Source: an uncultured Gammaproteobacteria bacterium (GTDB lineage Bacteria; Patescibacteriota; Patescibacteriia; Patescibacteriales; Patescibacteriaceae). Taken from it: a stretch of 64,000 nucleotides of DNA. The notes under the pieces were generated by a model, which saw only the letters and a list, made by a program, of their open reading frames with translations, was not told the DNA's origin and ran no database searches. Positions 1-9,130 of this stretch are shown in pieces. Both the position numbers and the translations under genes were made by a program. The stretch's first letter is position 1; each line of letters opens with the position of its first letter. Location of the stretch: assembly GCA_964611115.1 (NCBI GenBank), contig CAZSWO010000001.1:20309-84308 (forward strand), read 5' to 3'.

Positions 1-1
1 G

Positions 2-997
2 TCGGCCGAAACGAATCGCCCGACGAATTAAACGGCGGACAATATAGCCTTGATCGGTATTTGACGGACCGACTCCCCTTTCGTCGCCCATAATAAAGGT
101 CGCGGCCTTAAGATGATCAGCAATAATTTCAAAGGATCGATTATCGTCTTCATACTTTTTACCCGACATGTCTTCAAGCTTGATAATGGCATCATTGAAT
201 AAATCGGTTTGGAAAACATTGCCCTTGCCTTGCAATGCCATTGATAAGCGTTCGAGTCCCCCGCCGAAGTCGACGTTCTTGCTCGCCAATTCTTTCCAAC
301 CATCTTCCGTTTTTTGATATTGCATGAAGACCGAATTACCGATTTCAATATATTTTCCGCAATCGCAGTTAACATGGCATTTCTCGCCAAACTTCGGATC
401 ATGAGCCTTGCCAGTGTCGTAAAAAGTTTCCGAGTCCGGACCGCCGAGCTCACCGACTGCGTCGCCACGCTGCCACCAATTTTTCTCGCGATACTCGAAG
501 ACTCGGTCATTGTCATCGACGCCGTACTTGTTAAAAATCTGTTTTACTATTTCAATTGATTCCGTATCCATCGGAATTTGTCCGTCTTCGGAGCCGCTGT
601 AAACCGTTTGATATAAACGATTCGGATCAAGCTTTGATTCTTCTACTAAAAACTCATACCACCAATTCAATTGCTCTGATTTCCAGTAGCCTGCCTCGGT
701 CGGCATGGCAAGGCCACTACCGAGCGACCAATTACCAAGCATTTCAAAGAAAGTGTTGTGACGATTGTCCCCAACTTCATCAATATCCTCGGTTCTAAAT
801 GATTTCTGGCTATTAACCAGTTTATTGCCAGCCGGATGTTTAGCGCCTAGTAAATACGGCACTAAGGGAAACATTCCGGAGTTAACAAAGAGCAGGGTTG
901 AGTCATTTTCCGGCAGCAAAGAAGCGCTCGGAATAAGGGCATGTTCCCGCGCTTTAAAAAACTCAATATATTTAGAACGTATGTCTTTTGAATTCAT
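2..997 (-). CDS. alaS: Alanyl-tRNA synthetase, N-terminal part (runs off the window edge)
   Basis: Manual translation from ATG at 997: MNSKDIRSKYIEFFKAREHALIPSASLLPENDSTLLFVNSGM...RHNTFFEMLGNWSLG...VDFGGGLERL...ADHLKAATF...GYIVRRLIRRAIR. Open to the edge with no stop, so absent from the ORF track. Confidence 0.97.
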   Translation of the reverse strand, partial: MNSKDIRSKYIEFFKAREHALIPSASLLPENDSTLLFVNSGMFPLVPYLLGAKHPAGNKLVNSQKSFRTEDIDEVGDNRHNTFFEMLGNWSLGSGLAMPTEAGYWKSEQLNWWYEFLVEESKLDPNRLYQTVYSGSEDGQIPMDTESIEIVKQIFNKYGVDDNDRVFEYREKNWWQRGDAVGELGGPDSETFYDTGKAHDPKFGEKCHVNCDCGKYIEIGNSVFMQYQKTEDGWKELASKNVDFGGGLERLSMALQGKGNVFQTDLFNDAIIKLEDMSGKKYEDDNRSFEIIADHLKAATFIMGDERGVGPSNTDQGYIVRRLIRRAIRFGR

Positions 998-1000
998 ATC

Positions 1001-1029
1001 TTGACTTTATCTTGTTTTTACCATATTAT
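1001..1029 (+). promoter_or_regulatory. Sigma70-type promoter divergent from alaS
   Basis: TTGACT (1001-1006), 17 nt, TATTAT (1024-1029); predicted start about 1035-1037. Confidence 0.7.
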
Positions 1030-1035
1030 CAAGCC

Positions 1036-1172
1036 AGTTCTTTTTGATCTTGAAGCTTAAGTCAGCGGGGACAGTAAAAGCCGTCGGATCAAAAGACATT
1101 ATCTGCTCATCTCCCGTTCGGGTGAAGGAGCTCCGGGTGAACGCTTAGGCAAAGTCTTAAGCGTCACCTGTT
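1036..1172 (+). ncRNA. Candidate structured RNA or 5' leader, family not recognised
   Basis: Hairpins 1039-1096, 1111-1130 and 1136-1168. G-U pairs favour the + strand, and the first stem begins at the predicted transcription start. Confidence 0.45.
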
Positions 1173-1204
1173 TATATAGTACTTTCAAATAAATATAAAT
1201 ATAA

Positions 1205-1381
1205 ATGCCATTAAATCAAGTTGATGTGTTCAGCGATAATAAACCTGAACACGGTATTAATAATCATGTTGATATTTTCAAGCCAGCTTCGCTTATGCCT
1301 ATTAATGTTAATTCAAAGCTAGAAAGCATTGAAAAAACTAAAAAGCATATGGCAAAAGAACTGGAAGATAATCCACTATAA
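1205..1381 (+). CDS. Small hypothetical protein (58 aa)
   Basis: ATG1205 to TAA1381: MPLNQVDVFSDNKPEHGINNHVDIFKPASLMPINVNSKLESIEKTKKHMAKELEDNPL; not in the ORF track (shortest listed ORF is 60 aa); no SD. Confidence 0.45.
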   Translation: MPLNQVDVFSDNKPEHGINNHVDIFKPASLMPINVNSKLESIEKTKKHMAKELEDNPL

Positions 1382-1390
1382 AGATTTCGA

Positions 1391-1469
1391 TTAAATTAAG
1401 ATTTCCGCTAGGGGTACAATCCCTACTTTGTTATTCGGAATGGCCGAAAGCAATGACTTCTTAATTTAA
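1391..1469 (+). ncRNA. Candidate three-way-junction RNA, family not recognised
   Basis: 11-bp closing stem 1391-1401/1459-1469 enclosing hairpins 1409-1425 and 1430-1457; lies just before an intrinsic terminator. Confidence 0.45.
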
Positions 1470-1478
1470 CAACCACAA

Positions 1479-1515
1479 CCCCGTGCAAGGACAGCTGCAC
1501 GGGGATTTTTTATTT
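1479..1515 (+). terminator. Rho-independent terminator
   Basis: CCCCGTGCA/TGCACGGGG stem followed by ATTTTTTATTT. Confidence 0.85.
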
Positions 1516-1516
1516 A

Positions 1517-1561
1517 TTGACAAAAATTCATAACGGCTATAATCTTCGGGCAGAAAGGAGG
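1517..1561 (+). promoter_or_regulatory. Promoter and SD for the 1572 ORF
   Basis: TTGACA (1517-1522) and TATAAT (1538-1543) with a short 15-nt spacer; AAGGAGG at 1555-1561. Confidence 0.55.
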
Positions 1562-1571
1562 CTCATTAAAA

Positions 1572-2117
1572 ATGATTCATATCAAATACGGAAGTACAAG
1601 AATTGTCTTTATTGTAGCCAATTCTTTCGTAATAAAATTCCCTAGATTTTGCATCCAAGAAAGTTTGGTCAAATTCAGACATCACAAAAAAAACTTCACA
1701 ACTAAATTCATAATAAAAAAATATGGATTTTGCAGTTTGTTTTTCGAACCATATGGTCTTTTGTTAGAAGGAGTAATTGCCAACAGACAGGAGCGAATAT
1801 TTTATAAACGAACAAAACATTCATTTTGTGTACCGACATGGTTCTCATTTTTCGGACTGCTTAATATTCAACCTTTTAAACGAATAATTTCAAATAAACT
1901 CGAGGATAAAATGCAAGCCACGTTACGAGATATTCTAAAGGAAAGACAATTGGGAATATACTCGGGCAGCATTCATACAATAAGTAACTTCGAAAATTAT
2001 TCGGTTGATAAAGGAAAAGTTAAGATGAATGATTACGGAAATATTCGAATGCTGTATTTCATAACGAAATACGGAAAATTAGTCCAAGATGGATTTCCAA
2101 AAGAATTGCTTGAATAA
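1572..2117 (+). CDS. Small protein-kinase-like-fold protein, probably degenerate
   Basis: G-loop-like YGSTRIVF, beta3 VIKFP, alphaC ANRQE, catalytic-loop-like HTISNFEN, DFG-like NDYG; own SD; AT-rich. Confidence 0.5.
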   Translation: MIHIKYGSTRIVFIVANSFVIKFPRFCIQESLVKFRHHKKNFTTKFIIKKYGFCSLFFEPYGLLLEGVIANRQERIFYKRTKHSFCVPTWFSFFGLLNIQPFKRIISNKLEDKMQATLRDILKERQLGIYSGSIHTISNFENYSVDKGKVKMNDYGNIRMLYFITKYGKLVQDGFPKELLE

Positions 2118-2150
2118 AAAACTGCGCGACTTACTAAGTTACGTAGTTTT
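2118..2150. terminator. Bidirectional terminator hairpin
   Basis: AAAACTGCGCGACTT/AAGTTACGTAGTTTT between convergent genes. Confidence 0.65.
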
Positions 2151-2158
2151 AATTTTGT

Positions 2159-2728
2159 CTATTTACAGATTCCCCAAAGTCCTCGTTTAGTTAAGCGCGC
2201 TTCTTTTTCAAGTTCGGAGAATAATACCGACTTGGCAACATCGGGTGGATAGGTTGCGGCGCTCGCAAAACCGTTTTCAACCAGTTCAAGATTTACAAAA
2301 GTTCCGTCTTTAAGATAGACGTATCCGAGCAAGCGGCCATACATATCACGTTCCGAAACATCTTTTTCGATTCTAATACTTTGACCTTCAACCAGTCGTT
2401 GATTCTCGGTGGTCGCTTCAAGCGCAAAACACTCGGTAGTTTCCGTCTTACCGAGCTCAGGGGCGTTTATACCGATATAACGCAGCTTCTCCCCGTTATC
2501 AAGCAAAACGGTATCACCGTCAATAACACGAGTTACCTTAATAAATTCACCGTACTGAAATTCTCCATCATCCTTAATCGCTGTTTTAATCCATTCATAG
2601 CCGCTAGCAAACAGGCCTTTTAGATCAGTAACGGAGGCCTTCTGTTTAAAAACATAGGTCGAAACTCCAACTCCGACCGATCCAAGGACCAGCAGAAACA
2701 GAATCAATTTAATAAGACGAAAATGCAT
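2159..2728 (-). CDS. Membrane-anchored thermonuclease (SNase-like)
   Basis: N-terminal TM helix; motifs VIDGDT, RYIGINAPE, DMYGRLLGYV, EKEARLTKRGLW. Confidence 0.93.
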   Translation of the reverse strand: MHFRLIKLILFLLVLGSVGVGVSTYVFKQKASVTDLKGLFASGYEWIKTAIKDDGEFQYGEFIKVTRVIDGDTVLLDNGEKLRYIGINAPELGKTETTECFALEATTENQRLVEGQSIRIEKDVSERDMYGRLLGYVYLKDGTFVNLELVENGFASAATYPPDVAKSVLFSELEKEARLTKRGLWGICK

Positions 2729-2748
2729 ATAGCTTAATAATACACCTT

Positions 2749-3894
2749 TTAAATATTTTTTCTAATCTCCTCCATCAAGCGCAAATAAAATTCAAGGTTA
2801 TTAAGAGTTGCGAGCCGTTTACCAAGCGGTTCGTTTATTTTATAGAGATAATTAAGATAGGCGCGGGAAAGATTGCGCAACTCCGGAATCTTTGAATTCT
2901 TAGAAATCGGTCTTTTATCATTAGCAAACTTTGCGTTCGTAATTGTTACAGTTTCATAAAAACTTTTTGTCGCCTTTGTTTTTGATTGCAATATTTTTTT
3001 TATTTGAGATGAAGTTGTTGGCTTCCAAGAAAATAAACGACCGTGTCGCCCTTCTCGCGTCGGAATTACGCAATCAAACATATCGACTCCCCGCTTAACC
3101 GCTTCAATAATATTTTCCGGATAACCAACGCCCATTAAATAACGCGGTTTATTTTTCGGAAGAGCTTCCGCCGTATAATCAAGAACGCTATACATTTCTT
3201 TATCAGTTTCTCCGACGGCGAGTCCCCCGATATTATAGCCATCGAAATTCAAGGCAGATAGCTCAGATGCGCTCTTAAGGCGCAAGTCCTTCTCTGTTCC
3301 CCCTTGCACTACGGCAAATATAAGCGGCTTCTTGCCTTTTAATTTCTTTGAATATAATTTTGTTCGCTTTGCCCAGGCGGTCGTCATATCAACTGATGCT
3401 TCTAAATATTTGCGTTTGGCGGGCAAAGCAACGCACTCATCAAGCACGACAGCGATATCGACGCCGAGATCGGCCTGAATCTGCAAAGAACGCTCCGGCG
3501 TCAAATAATGTTTTGAGCCATCAACATAAGAAGAAAATCCAACACCTTTGGGCGATAATTGCACGAGACTTTTGCCGGTTTTAGTTTTAGATGCTGCCAG
3601 AGAAAAAACTTGAAAGCCGCCGGAGTCGGTTAGGATCGCACCATTCCAATTCATAAACTTATGCAGTCCGCCCCACTTCTTTATAAACTTTTCTCCCGGT
3701 CGGAGCATTAGATGATAGGTATTAGAAAGCAAAATCGGCGAACCGAGCGCTCGAATATCTTCGGCTGAGGCGAACTTAATAGTCGCCTGCGTTGCAACAG
3801 GCATAAAGAACGGTGTTTCTAAAACGCCGTGGCCAGTTTTAAGTCGGCCGCGACGCGCTTTAGATTTTTTACTGGATTTTATTAATTTAAACAT
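2749..3894 (-). CDS. tgt: tRNA-guanine transglycosylase (zinc ligands absent)
   Basis: TPFFMPVAT, LSNTYHL, TDSGGFQVFSL, LDEC, VQGG, GGLAVGE, YLMGVG, DMFDCVIPTR. Confidence 0.97.
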   Translation of the reverse strand: MFKLIKSSKKSKARRGRLKTGHGVLETPFFMPVATQATIKFASAEDIRALGSPILLSNTYHLMLRPGEKFIKKWGGLHKFMNWNGAILTDSGGFQVFSLAASKTKTGKSLVQLSPKGVGFSSYVDGSKHYLTPERSLQIQADLGVDIAVVLDECVALPAKRKYLEASVDMTTAWAKRTKLYSKKLKGKKPLIFAVVQGGTEKDLRLKSASELSALNFDGYNIGGLAVGETDKEMYSVLDYTAEALPKNKPRYLMGVGYPENIIEAVKRGVDMFDCVIPTREGRHGRLFSWKPTTSSQIKKILQSKTKATKSFYETVTITNAKFANDKRPISKNSKIPELRNLSRAYLNYLYKINEPLGKRLATLNNLEFYLRLMEEIRKNI

Positions 3895-3898
3895 TTAA

Positions 3899-5764
3899 TT
3901 ATTGCACAATACCATTTGTATCGGCGATATCATCTTTTTCTAGTTTTGTTGTTTGTGCTTTTAGAGTTTGCGAAACATTATAGGTTGTTTGATTATCCGC
4001 ACCGGACAAATTCGTTCCCGAAACCAAAATCAGTAACTTATTCCGATCGGTAGTTTTCGGTTTAAGCGCAATACTAAATTCCGCTTCAACAGCTCTAGCC
4101 GATAATGGCATTCTTCCGATTATCCAGCTTACTTCATTAGTGGCTTCGTTATAGGTCAAGGTTCCGGTATCGGTTTGCTCTTTAGAATCCCAGCTAATAT
4201 AATCCGGTAACTTTGTTACTACCTTAAGCGCAGCAAGCTCATGCAATGAATTCTCAATTTTCCAATATACTTTGAAAGTTGTAATTTGTCCGGCTTGCGG
4301 CGGTAAGGGTCCCGTGCCAACCGCAATATTATCCTCATCAAAATATCTAACTGATTCGTCAAGGGAAACATCACTATTTATTTTTATAGTGATTTGATTC
4401 GATCGGTTATTTTCATTATCAGTTGAAAGATCTTCCGACTTTCCACCGGTGGCAAATTGCGCATAACTCTTAATTTCAAAATTTCGAATTAGGCTCGCTT
4501 CATTGACGCTTCTGACCGGCACGGAAAAATCAATCGTCCCCTCCTGGTCCTTTGATAATGATTCGAGTCCGGGAATTTCGCTTTTTGTCCAAACAATCGT
4601 ACGTCCGGTTAAGGTTCCGTTATTCTTATCAACCAACTTTCGCCAATCAAGCGCCTCACCGTCCAGCACAGCCATAATAATTACATCGGTCATTGCCTGC
4701 TCACCTTTATTAACATAGGAAATTGAATAATTAACCGTTTGCCCAAAATCGATTCCTTGGTCCGAAGCTTGTCCGTTCGCAACCATAGTTAAGTTCAGCG
4801 AGTTCTTAACGACTTCAATCGAAAATGTTTTTTCTTCAAACACATAGTTTTTCGCCGCTTCGGCAGGATGATATTCAAAATATACTTTCAAATCCTCTTT
4901 ATCATTCTTTTTATCCTTAAACTTGAATTTTAAACGCAGCTCCTTCTCTTCACTTCCGAGTTTAGATATCGTAAAAACGCCGGGATCGGACATTGAGACA
5001 TCGTCGCCGTAATCATTCTTAGGAAATTCGAGATTTTCAAGTTCTCCGAATCGAACAGTAAAAGCGTCGATAAATGTTTTTTCCTGTGGTTTATAAGTAA
5101 GGACCAGCTCTGAATCCTGCCCTACTAAAATACTTGTCGGAGCAAGAGTATTCAGCTCAAGACCCGAAGAAATTATAACTGACTCAAGGCTAGCCGACTT
5201 CTTAAACTCACTGGTAATATTTGAAGGTCGATAATTTAAATCGGCAAATATAATATTCGGGGAGCCGACTTGCGCGATTAAGCGTCCGCGGACAGTTACT
5301 TTTCCGCTACCAAACTGTCGCACATCAGGCAGGTTCCAATTATTATTGTTGTTTGAGGTTGCGGGCGTGCTTGATTCAAAAATAAAATTATCCGGGTATA
5401 CCGCAGTCAACTCTAAATTCGTCAACGAGGCATTCTCTTGATTCTTATATTCAATCGTATATTCAAAGCTTTCATTAGCAACAAGCTCGTCCGGCGCGGA
5501 AATAGTCAAATCAACCGAACTTGAATTTGAATCACGGCTAATAACCCAGTAATAAGCTCCCGCGGCGACGCCCGCCGTAATCAAAATATACAAGAGTATC
5601 ATTCCGATTCGCGTAAACAAACTGCGTTTCGGTTTTATATCGACTTCTTTGACATTGATCCGCTTGCCTCCGTCATCTTGATAAATTTCCGACAAGCTGC
5701 GATCGATGTCTTTTTTATCCATCTCGTTATTAATATATTGATCGAAATTTTTTTTCTTTGACAT
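3899..5764 (-). CDS. Membrane-anchored multi-Ig-like (DUF11-like) surface protein
   Basis: One TM helix then beta-rich repeats with GTGPLPP..TTF..W motif; start moved to MSKKKNF (5764), just after the upstream stop; paralog at 56584-58305. Confidence 0.65.
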   Translation of the reverse strand: MSKKKNFDQYINNEMDKKDIDRSLSEIYQDDGGKRINVKEVDIKPKRSLFTRIGMILLYILITAGVAAGAYYWVISRDSNSSSVDLTISAPDELVANESFEYTIEYKNQENASLTNLELTAVYPDNFIFESSTPATSNNNNNWNLPDVRQFGSGKVTVRGRLIAQVGSPNIIFADLNYRPSNITSEFKKSASLESVIISSGLELNTLAPTSILVGQDSELVLTYKPQEKTFIDAFTVRFGELENLEFPKNDYGDDVSMSDPGVFTISKLGSEEKELRLKFKFKDKKNDKEDLKVYFEYHPAEAAKNYVFEEKTFSIEVVKNSLNLTMVANGQASDQGIDFGQTVNYSISYVNKGEQAMTDVIIMAVLDGEALDWRKLVDKNNGTLTGRTIVWTKSEIPGLESLSKDQEGTIDFSVPVRSVNEASLIRNFEIKSYAQFATGGKSEDLSTDNENNRSNQITIKINSDVSLDESVRYFDEDNIAVGTGPLPPQAGQITTFKVYWKIENSLHELAALKVVTKLPDYISWDSKEQTDTGTLTYNEATNEVSWIIGRMPLSARAVEAEFSIALKPKTTDRNKLLILVSGTNLSGADNQTTYNVSQTLKAQTTKLEKDDIADTNGIVQ

Positions 5765-5766
5765 AT

Positions 5767-7980
5767 TTATTTTTGATATAAAACTTTCAAAAAAGTATCG
5801 GTATCGAGCGGACCGCTGTAGGTCCAACCGCTTTCACTTAGTTCCAAATCATTCGGATAATTCCACATCGTTTTCCAACCTCCATTGATTGTTAATCGCG
5901 AGAATATGGAAGTATTGAGCGCACCCGGCTGTTTTTGTATGAGCAAGCTGTACTGCTCGCTCTTCTCTACATTAAAGTATGACTTAATCTTCTCCAAAAC
6001 GCCGACCGGACTTTCTTTCTCACCAATCTTAAAGGGCAAACGATAACGCAATTCAATAACGGCAGTTTCACCCGGATCAACCATCGACCAATTAGCGAAG
6101 ACGGTTTTACCATTCTCAGTATAGATCTTTGTTCCGCTGGCCGGATCGCTGATTGCCTCTCGCTCATTGGCTAACTGCGGCGAGAGTTCCCAGTTCGGAT
6201 CGGGCGATTCGAAATAGGCTTGATCAGGAGTGCGAAAACCGGAGGCTGATAACAAGCTGCTATTTTGAGGAACGTAGACACGCAACCAATTTACATTTCT
6301 AAAGCCAACGAATTGCTGGTTTTTCGGAGCGGTATGCTTGCGTTGTATCGTTAGTGTAACAGTAATCGAGCCGTCGGGCAAAACCTCCGCCTTATGATCA
6401 ATTACTTCTTCTATATAGCGATCGCTTTTCTGTCCTCCGATATTACTCGAAACGACCATTAAATAATCTTTGTCGTTTTTTTTAATTGAACCGTCCCAGC
6501 CAAAACCCTTCACTGAAGCCTGAAGCAGCGGATCATTAAAATACATAAGAATATGTTTCTCGCGCAAACTCTCTTCAAAAATTCCAATCAAAGCGAAGGC
6601 CTTTTCCGCCGACATATCTTTAGGGATATCTTCCATTAAGGTTGTCATCAAATCACCGATAATTTTTTTCGGTTCTTTGGTTACATCGGGCTTCTGCTCG
6701 GAAAAGGTTTGCGTAACTTCCCAAAAATTTTCAGAGTTTATAATGACACCATAATCCTTTGTCATATCAACCGGACCATGGATCTCCAATAAACGCTCGA
6801 TGACTGTAGGAGTAAAACTAATCACACCGTCAACAGTCGGTCCGTCACTCTTTTCATAAAACCACTGAAGGTTGCGAGCCGTCGTCGGCCAATCCGGCCA
6901 CCAATTCGCATCCCAAAAATGCCACAATGGATTAACCAACCACAGAGGCTCAGGCGCAACAACTCGACGATATAAGCCGGCCTCGGTATCGTAACTGCCG
7001 CCCTTAGGAACATTCAATTCTTTTATCTCTCCCTTGCTAACATCAACCGTAGCAAAACTTCCTACAAAGCCTCCGGAACCTCGACGTTCGGCATTATTCT
7101 GAAAGACGAGCAAATAACGTTTATCATGTTGCTTACCAAGAAAAACCGAGGCGCGTTTACTTAAATCTAAGGATTCTTCAAGGCTCGGCGCCAGCAGTTC
7201 TGCTTGGGAGCGGAGCTCCTTGAACTGAGCGCGGTAATTCTCGGGCAAATTATTTTCGTTGATTTTCTTTAACTCAATAACCAAAGCTCGAGCTTCTTCA
7301 CTGGCGGGAATCGCGTGCGCGGCGAAACGATCTAAGAAAGAAATAATATTTTGATTGGCAGAGGGCGTTATCGCCGCGCTCAGTTCGGCGCCGAGCCGGG
7401 CGGAAAGCTTACCGGCGGCAAGGATATGTCGTGACTCGGAAGCCAGCTTGGCATTATCATCCGGAATAATTCCAGCAAGATCGAGTAAGTTGCGATTGAT
7501 CGAGGCGAGATCGTTTTGCGCCTTAAGAAAATCATTACTCGCTTTTTCAAAAGCCGCTTCAGCGCCGCTATAATCTTCCTGCTCAATTAAATCTTTACCG
7601 GAAAAAATCCCAGCAAAGGCATTAGAGGTTGATTCGGTGACAGATTGACGAATCGGCGCCAGTGCCTGCCAACCCGAATACGCTAAAAACGGCAGAGCGA
7701 ATAAACTCATGACTAATAAAAAGTTCACTAATTTAAAAACTGGCGTATGTTTTTTTCCGGAAACTACTTCGAATTCTTTAACCTCCTCTTTTATTTCTTT
7801 TTTGAGACGCTTCGGAGCCTTGAATAATGTACGCAGACTGTATATAAACCTGCCGATAAAAATAATTAAGCGAATTACCAATAAATCACGCCAAAGCTTT
7901 TTCGGCCGAGTCGGCTTAGGACGCAAGTCGATAATTGAGTCCGGGTTAATCCTTTCGTTATTATGAGAGGCTCTGTTCAT
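5767..7980 (-). CDS. DUF4012 domain membrane protein
   Basis: YLLVFQNNAERRGSGGFVGS, FWDANWWPDWPT, VDGVISFTP, WLRVYVP; start likely MNRAS (7980), overlapping the GT stop. Confidence 0.85.
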   Translation of the reverse strand: MNRASHNNERINPDSIIDLRPKPTRPKKLWRDLLVIRLIIFIGRFIYSLRTLFKAPKRLKKEIKEEVKEFEVVSGKKHTPVFKLVNFLLVMSLFALPFLAYSGWQALAPIRQSVTESTSNAFAGIFSGKDLIEQEDYSGAEAAFEKASNDFLKAQNDLASINRNLLDLAGIIPDDNAKLASESRHILAAGKLSARLGAELSAAITPSANQNIISFLDRFAAHAIPASEEARALVIELKKINENNLPENYRAQFKELRSQAELLAPSLEESLDLSKRASVFLGKQHDKRYLLVFQNNAERRGSGGFVGSFATVDVSKGEIKELNVPKGGSYDTEAGLYRRVVAPEPLWLVNPLWHFWDANWWPDWPTTARNLQWFYEKSDGPTVDGVISFTPTVIERLLEIHGPVDMTKDYGVIINSENFWEVTQTFSEQKPDVTKEPKKIIGDLMTTLMEDIPKDMSAEKAFALIGIFEESLREKHILMYFNDPLLQASVKGFGWDGSIKKNDKDYLMVVSSNIGGQKSDRYIEEVIDHKAEVLPDGSITVTLTIQRKHTAPKNQQFVGFRNVNWLRVYVPQNSSLLSASGFRTPDQAYFESPDPNWELSPQLANEREAISDPASGTKIYTENGKTVFANWSMVDPGETAVIELRYRLPFKIGEKESPVGVLEKIKSYFNVEKSEQYSLLIQKQPGALNTSIFSRLTINGGWKTMWNYPNDLELSESGWTYSGPLDTDTFLKVLYQK

Positions 7981-9118
7981 ATAATTCATGGGTTTGCTCC
8001 GCGCAGCGATACCAATCATAAAGCTTTGATTGAGCGTAGCCTTTTGAAATTAAAGCCTTACGCAAATCCTGATCACCTAATAATCTTTTAATCTGCTTTG
8101 CTAAGGCACTAGCATCATCGGGATTAAAATAGAGTGCGGCGTCCCCCAACACTTCCGGTAAGCACGTCGCATCCGAGCTGATCACCGGACAACCGCGCGA
8201 CATCGCCTCTAAGGGCGGCAAGCCGAAACCTTCGTATTTTGAAGGAAAGATATACGCAACGGCGTGAGAAAATAAAACTTCTAGTTCACGATCCGGAACA
8301 TAGCCGGGAAAAATCACCGATTCGTCTTTAAATGTGAGCGCAAAGTCTTTTAAGCGTGAATAAAAATAGTCTTTCTTCCCGACTAATACCAACTTTAAAT
8401 CGCTGATTTCTTTTTTTACTTCACTGAAAACCGTAATTAAAAATTCCAGATTTTTATGCGGATAGGCGTTACCGACATATAAAATGTAAGGTTCTAAAAT
8501 ACAATATCCGGACAGAACTTCGCTCTGATCCAGTTTGGAAGTAAAGCGCGAATCGCTGCCGCTTGATAAATCGGTCGTTCCTTCATAGGTCATTGCAACT
8601 TTGTCAGAAGCAATTCCAAAATGTTTTATTATGTCCTGTTTAGTGAAATTTGAAATGGCGATAACTTTTTCTGAAGCCTTAACCGCATGTCTAATAACGA
8701 CTCGATACAGTGCATTTTTTATAACATACTTTAAGGGGCCGAGCGTTGTCGCTCGCATAGTCGGAAATTTTGTCAAAATCAAATCATGAACAGTAACAAT
8801 GAATTTGACTGGGCAAAAAATAGGAACATTAAAATGAGGAAAATGAATCAAATCAAGCTTCTCCTTATAGATAAGCCATGGCATTAGAAATTGTTCAGCC
8901 GCCGTATACCAACGAACATCAGCCAACACTTTTTTCAAATGCGGATGATCGCTTTGCAATTCGTCAAAGTTATCTTTGCTCAAAAAAATAACATACTCAT
9001 TGTTGCGATCAATTTTTAAAACATTATCAACAATTTCTTGAGTATAACGACCCAGCCCCTTTCCCAAGGGACCGTAAAAACGGGCGTCAATTCCAATGCG
9101 GCGGCGCTTAGTATTCAT
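7961..9118 (-). CDS. Glycosyltransferase family 4 (GT-B)
   Basis: [38 protein letters not shown]. Confidence 0.95.
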   Translation of the reverse strand: MNTKRRRIGIDARFYGPLGKGLGRYTQEIVDNVLKIDRNNEYVIFLSKDNFDELQSDHPHLKKVLADVRWYTAAEQFLMPWLIYKEKLDLIHFPHFNVPIFCPVKFIVTVHDLILTKFPTMRATTLGPLKYVIKNALYRVVIRHAVKASEKVIAISNFTKQDIIKHFGIASDKVAMTYEGTTDLSSGSDSRFTSKLDQSEVLSGYCILEPYILYVGNAYPHKNLEFLITVFSEVKKEISDLKLVLVGKKDYFYSRLKDFALTFKDESVIFPGYVPDRELEVLFSHAVAYIFPSKYEGFGLPPLEAMSRGCPVISSDATCLPEVLGDAALYFNPDDASALAKQIKRLLGDQDLRKALISKGYAQSKLYDWYRCAEQTHELYEQSLS

Positions 9119-9130
9119 GAAAACATTATA

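Noticed and set aside
28-1004. ORF-track calls 28-516, 314-559, 556-798 and 765-1004
   Set aside because: Shadow frames of alaS, which occupies 2-997 on the - strand
1036-1172. Assignment to c-di-AMP, glycine, FMN, cobalamin, TPP riboswitch, 6S, SRP or RNase P
   Set aside because: Only short motif fragments match and they are in the wrong order or lack required pairings; left as an unassigned candidate
1391-1469. Hammerhead ribozyme or true tRNA gene
   Set aside because: No CUGANGA core; no acceptor stem or normal arm order
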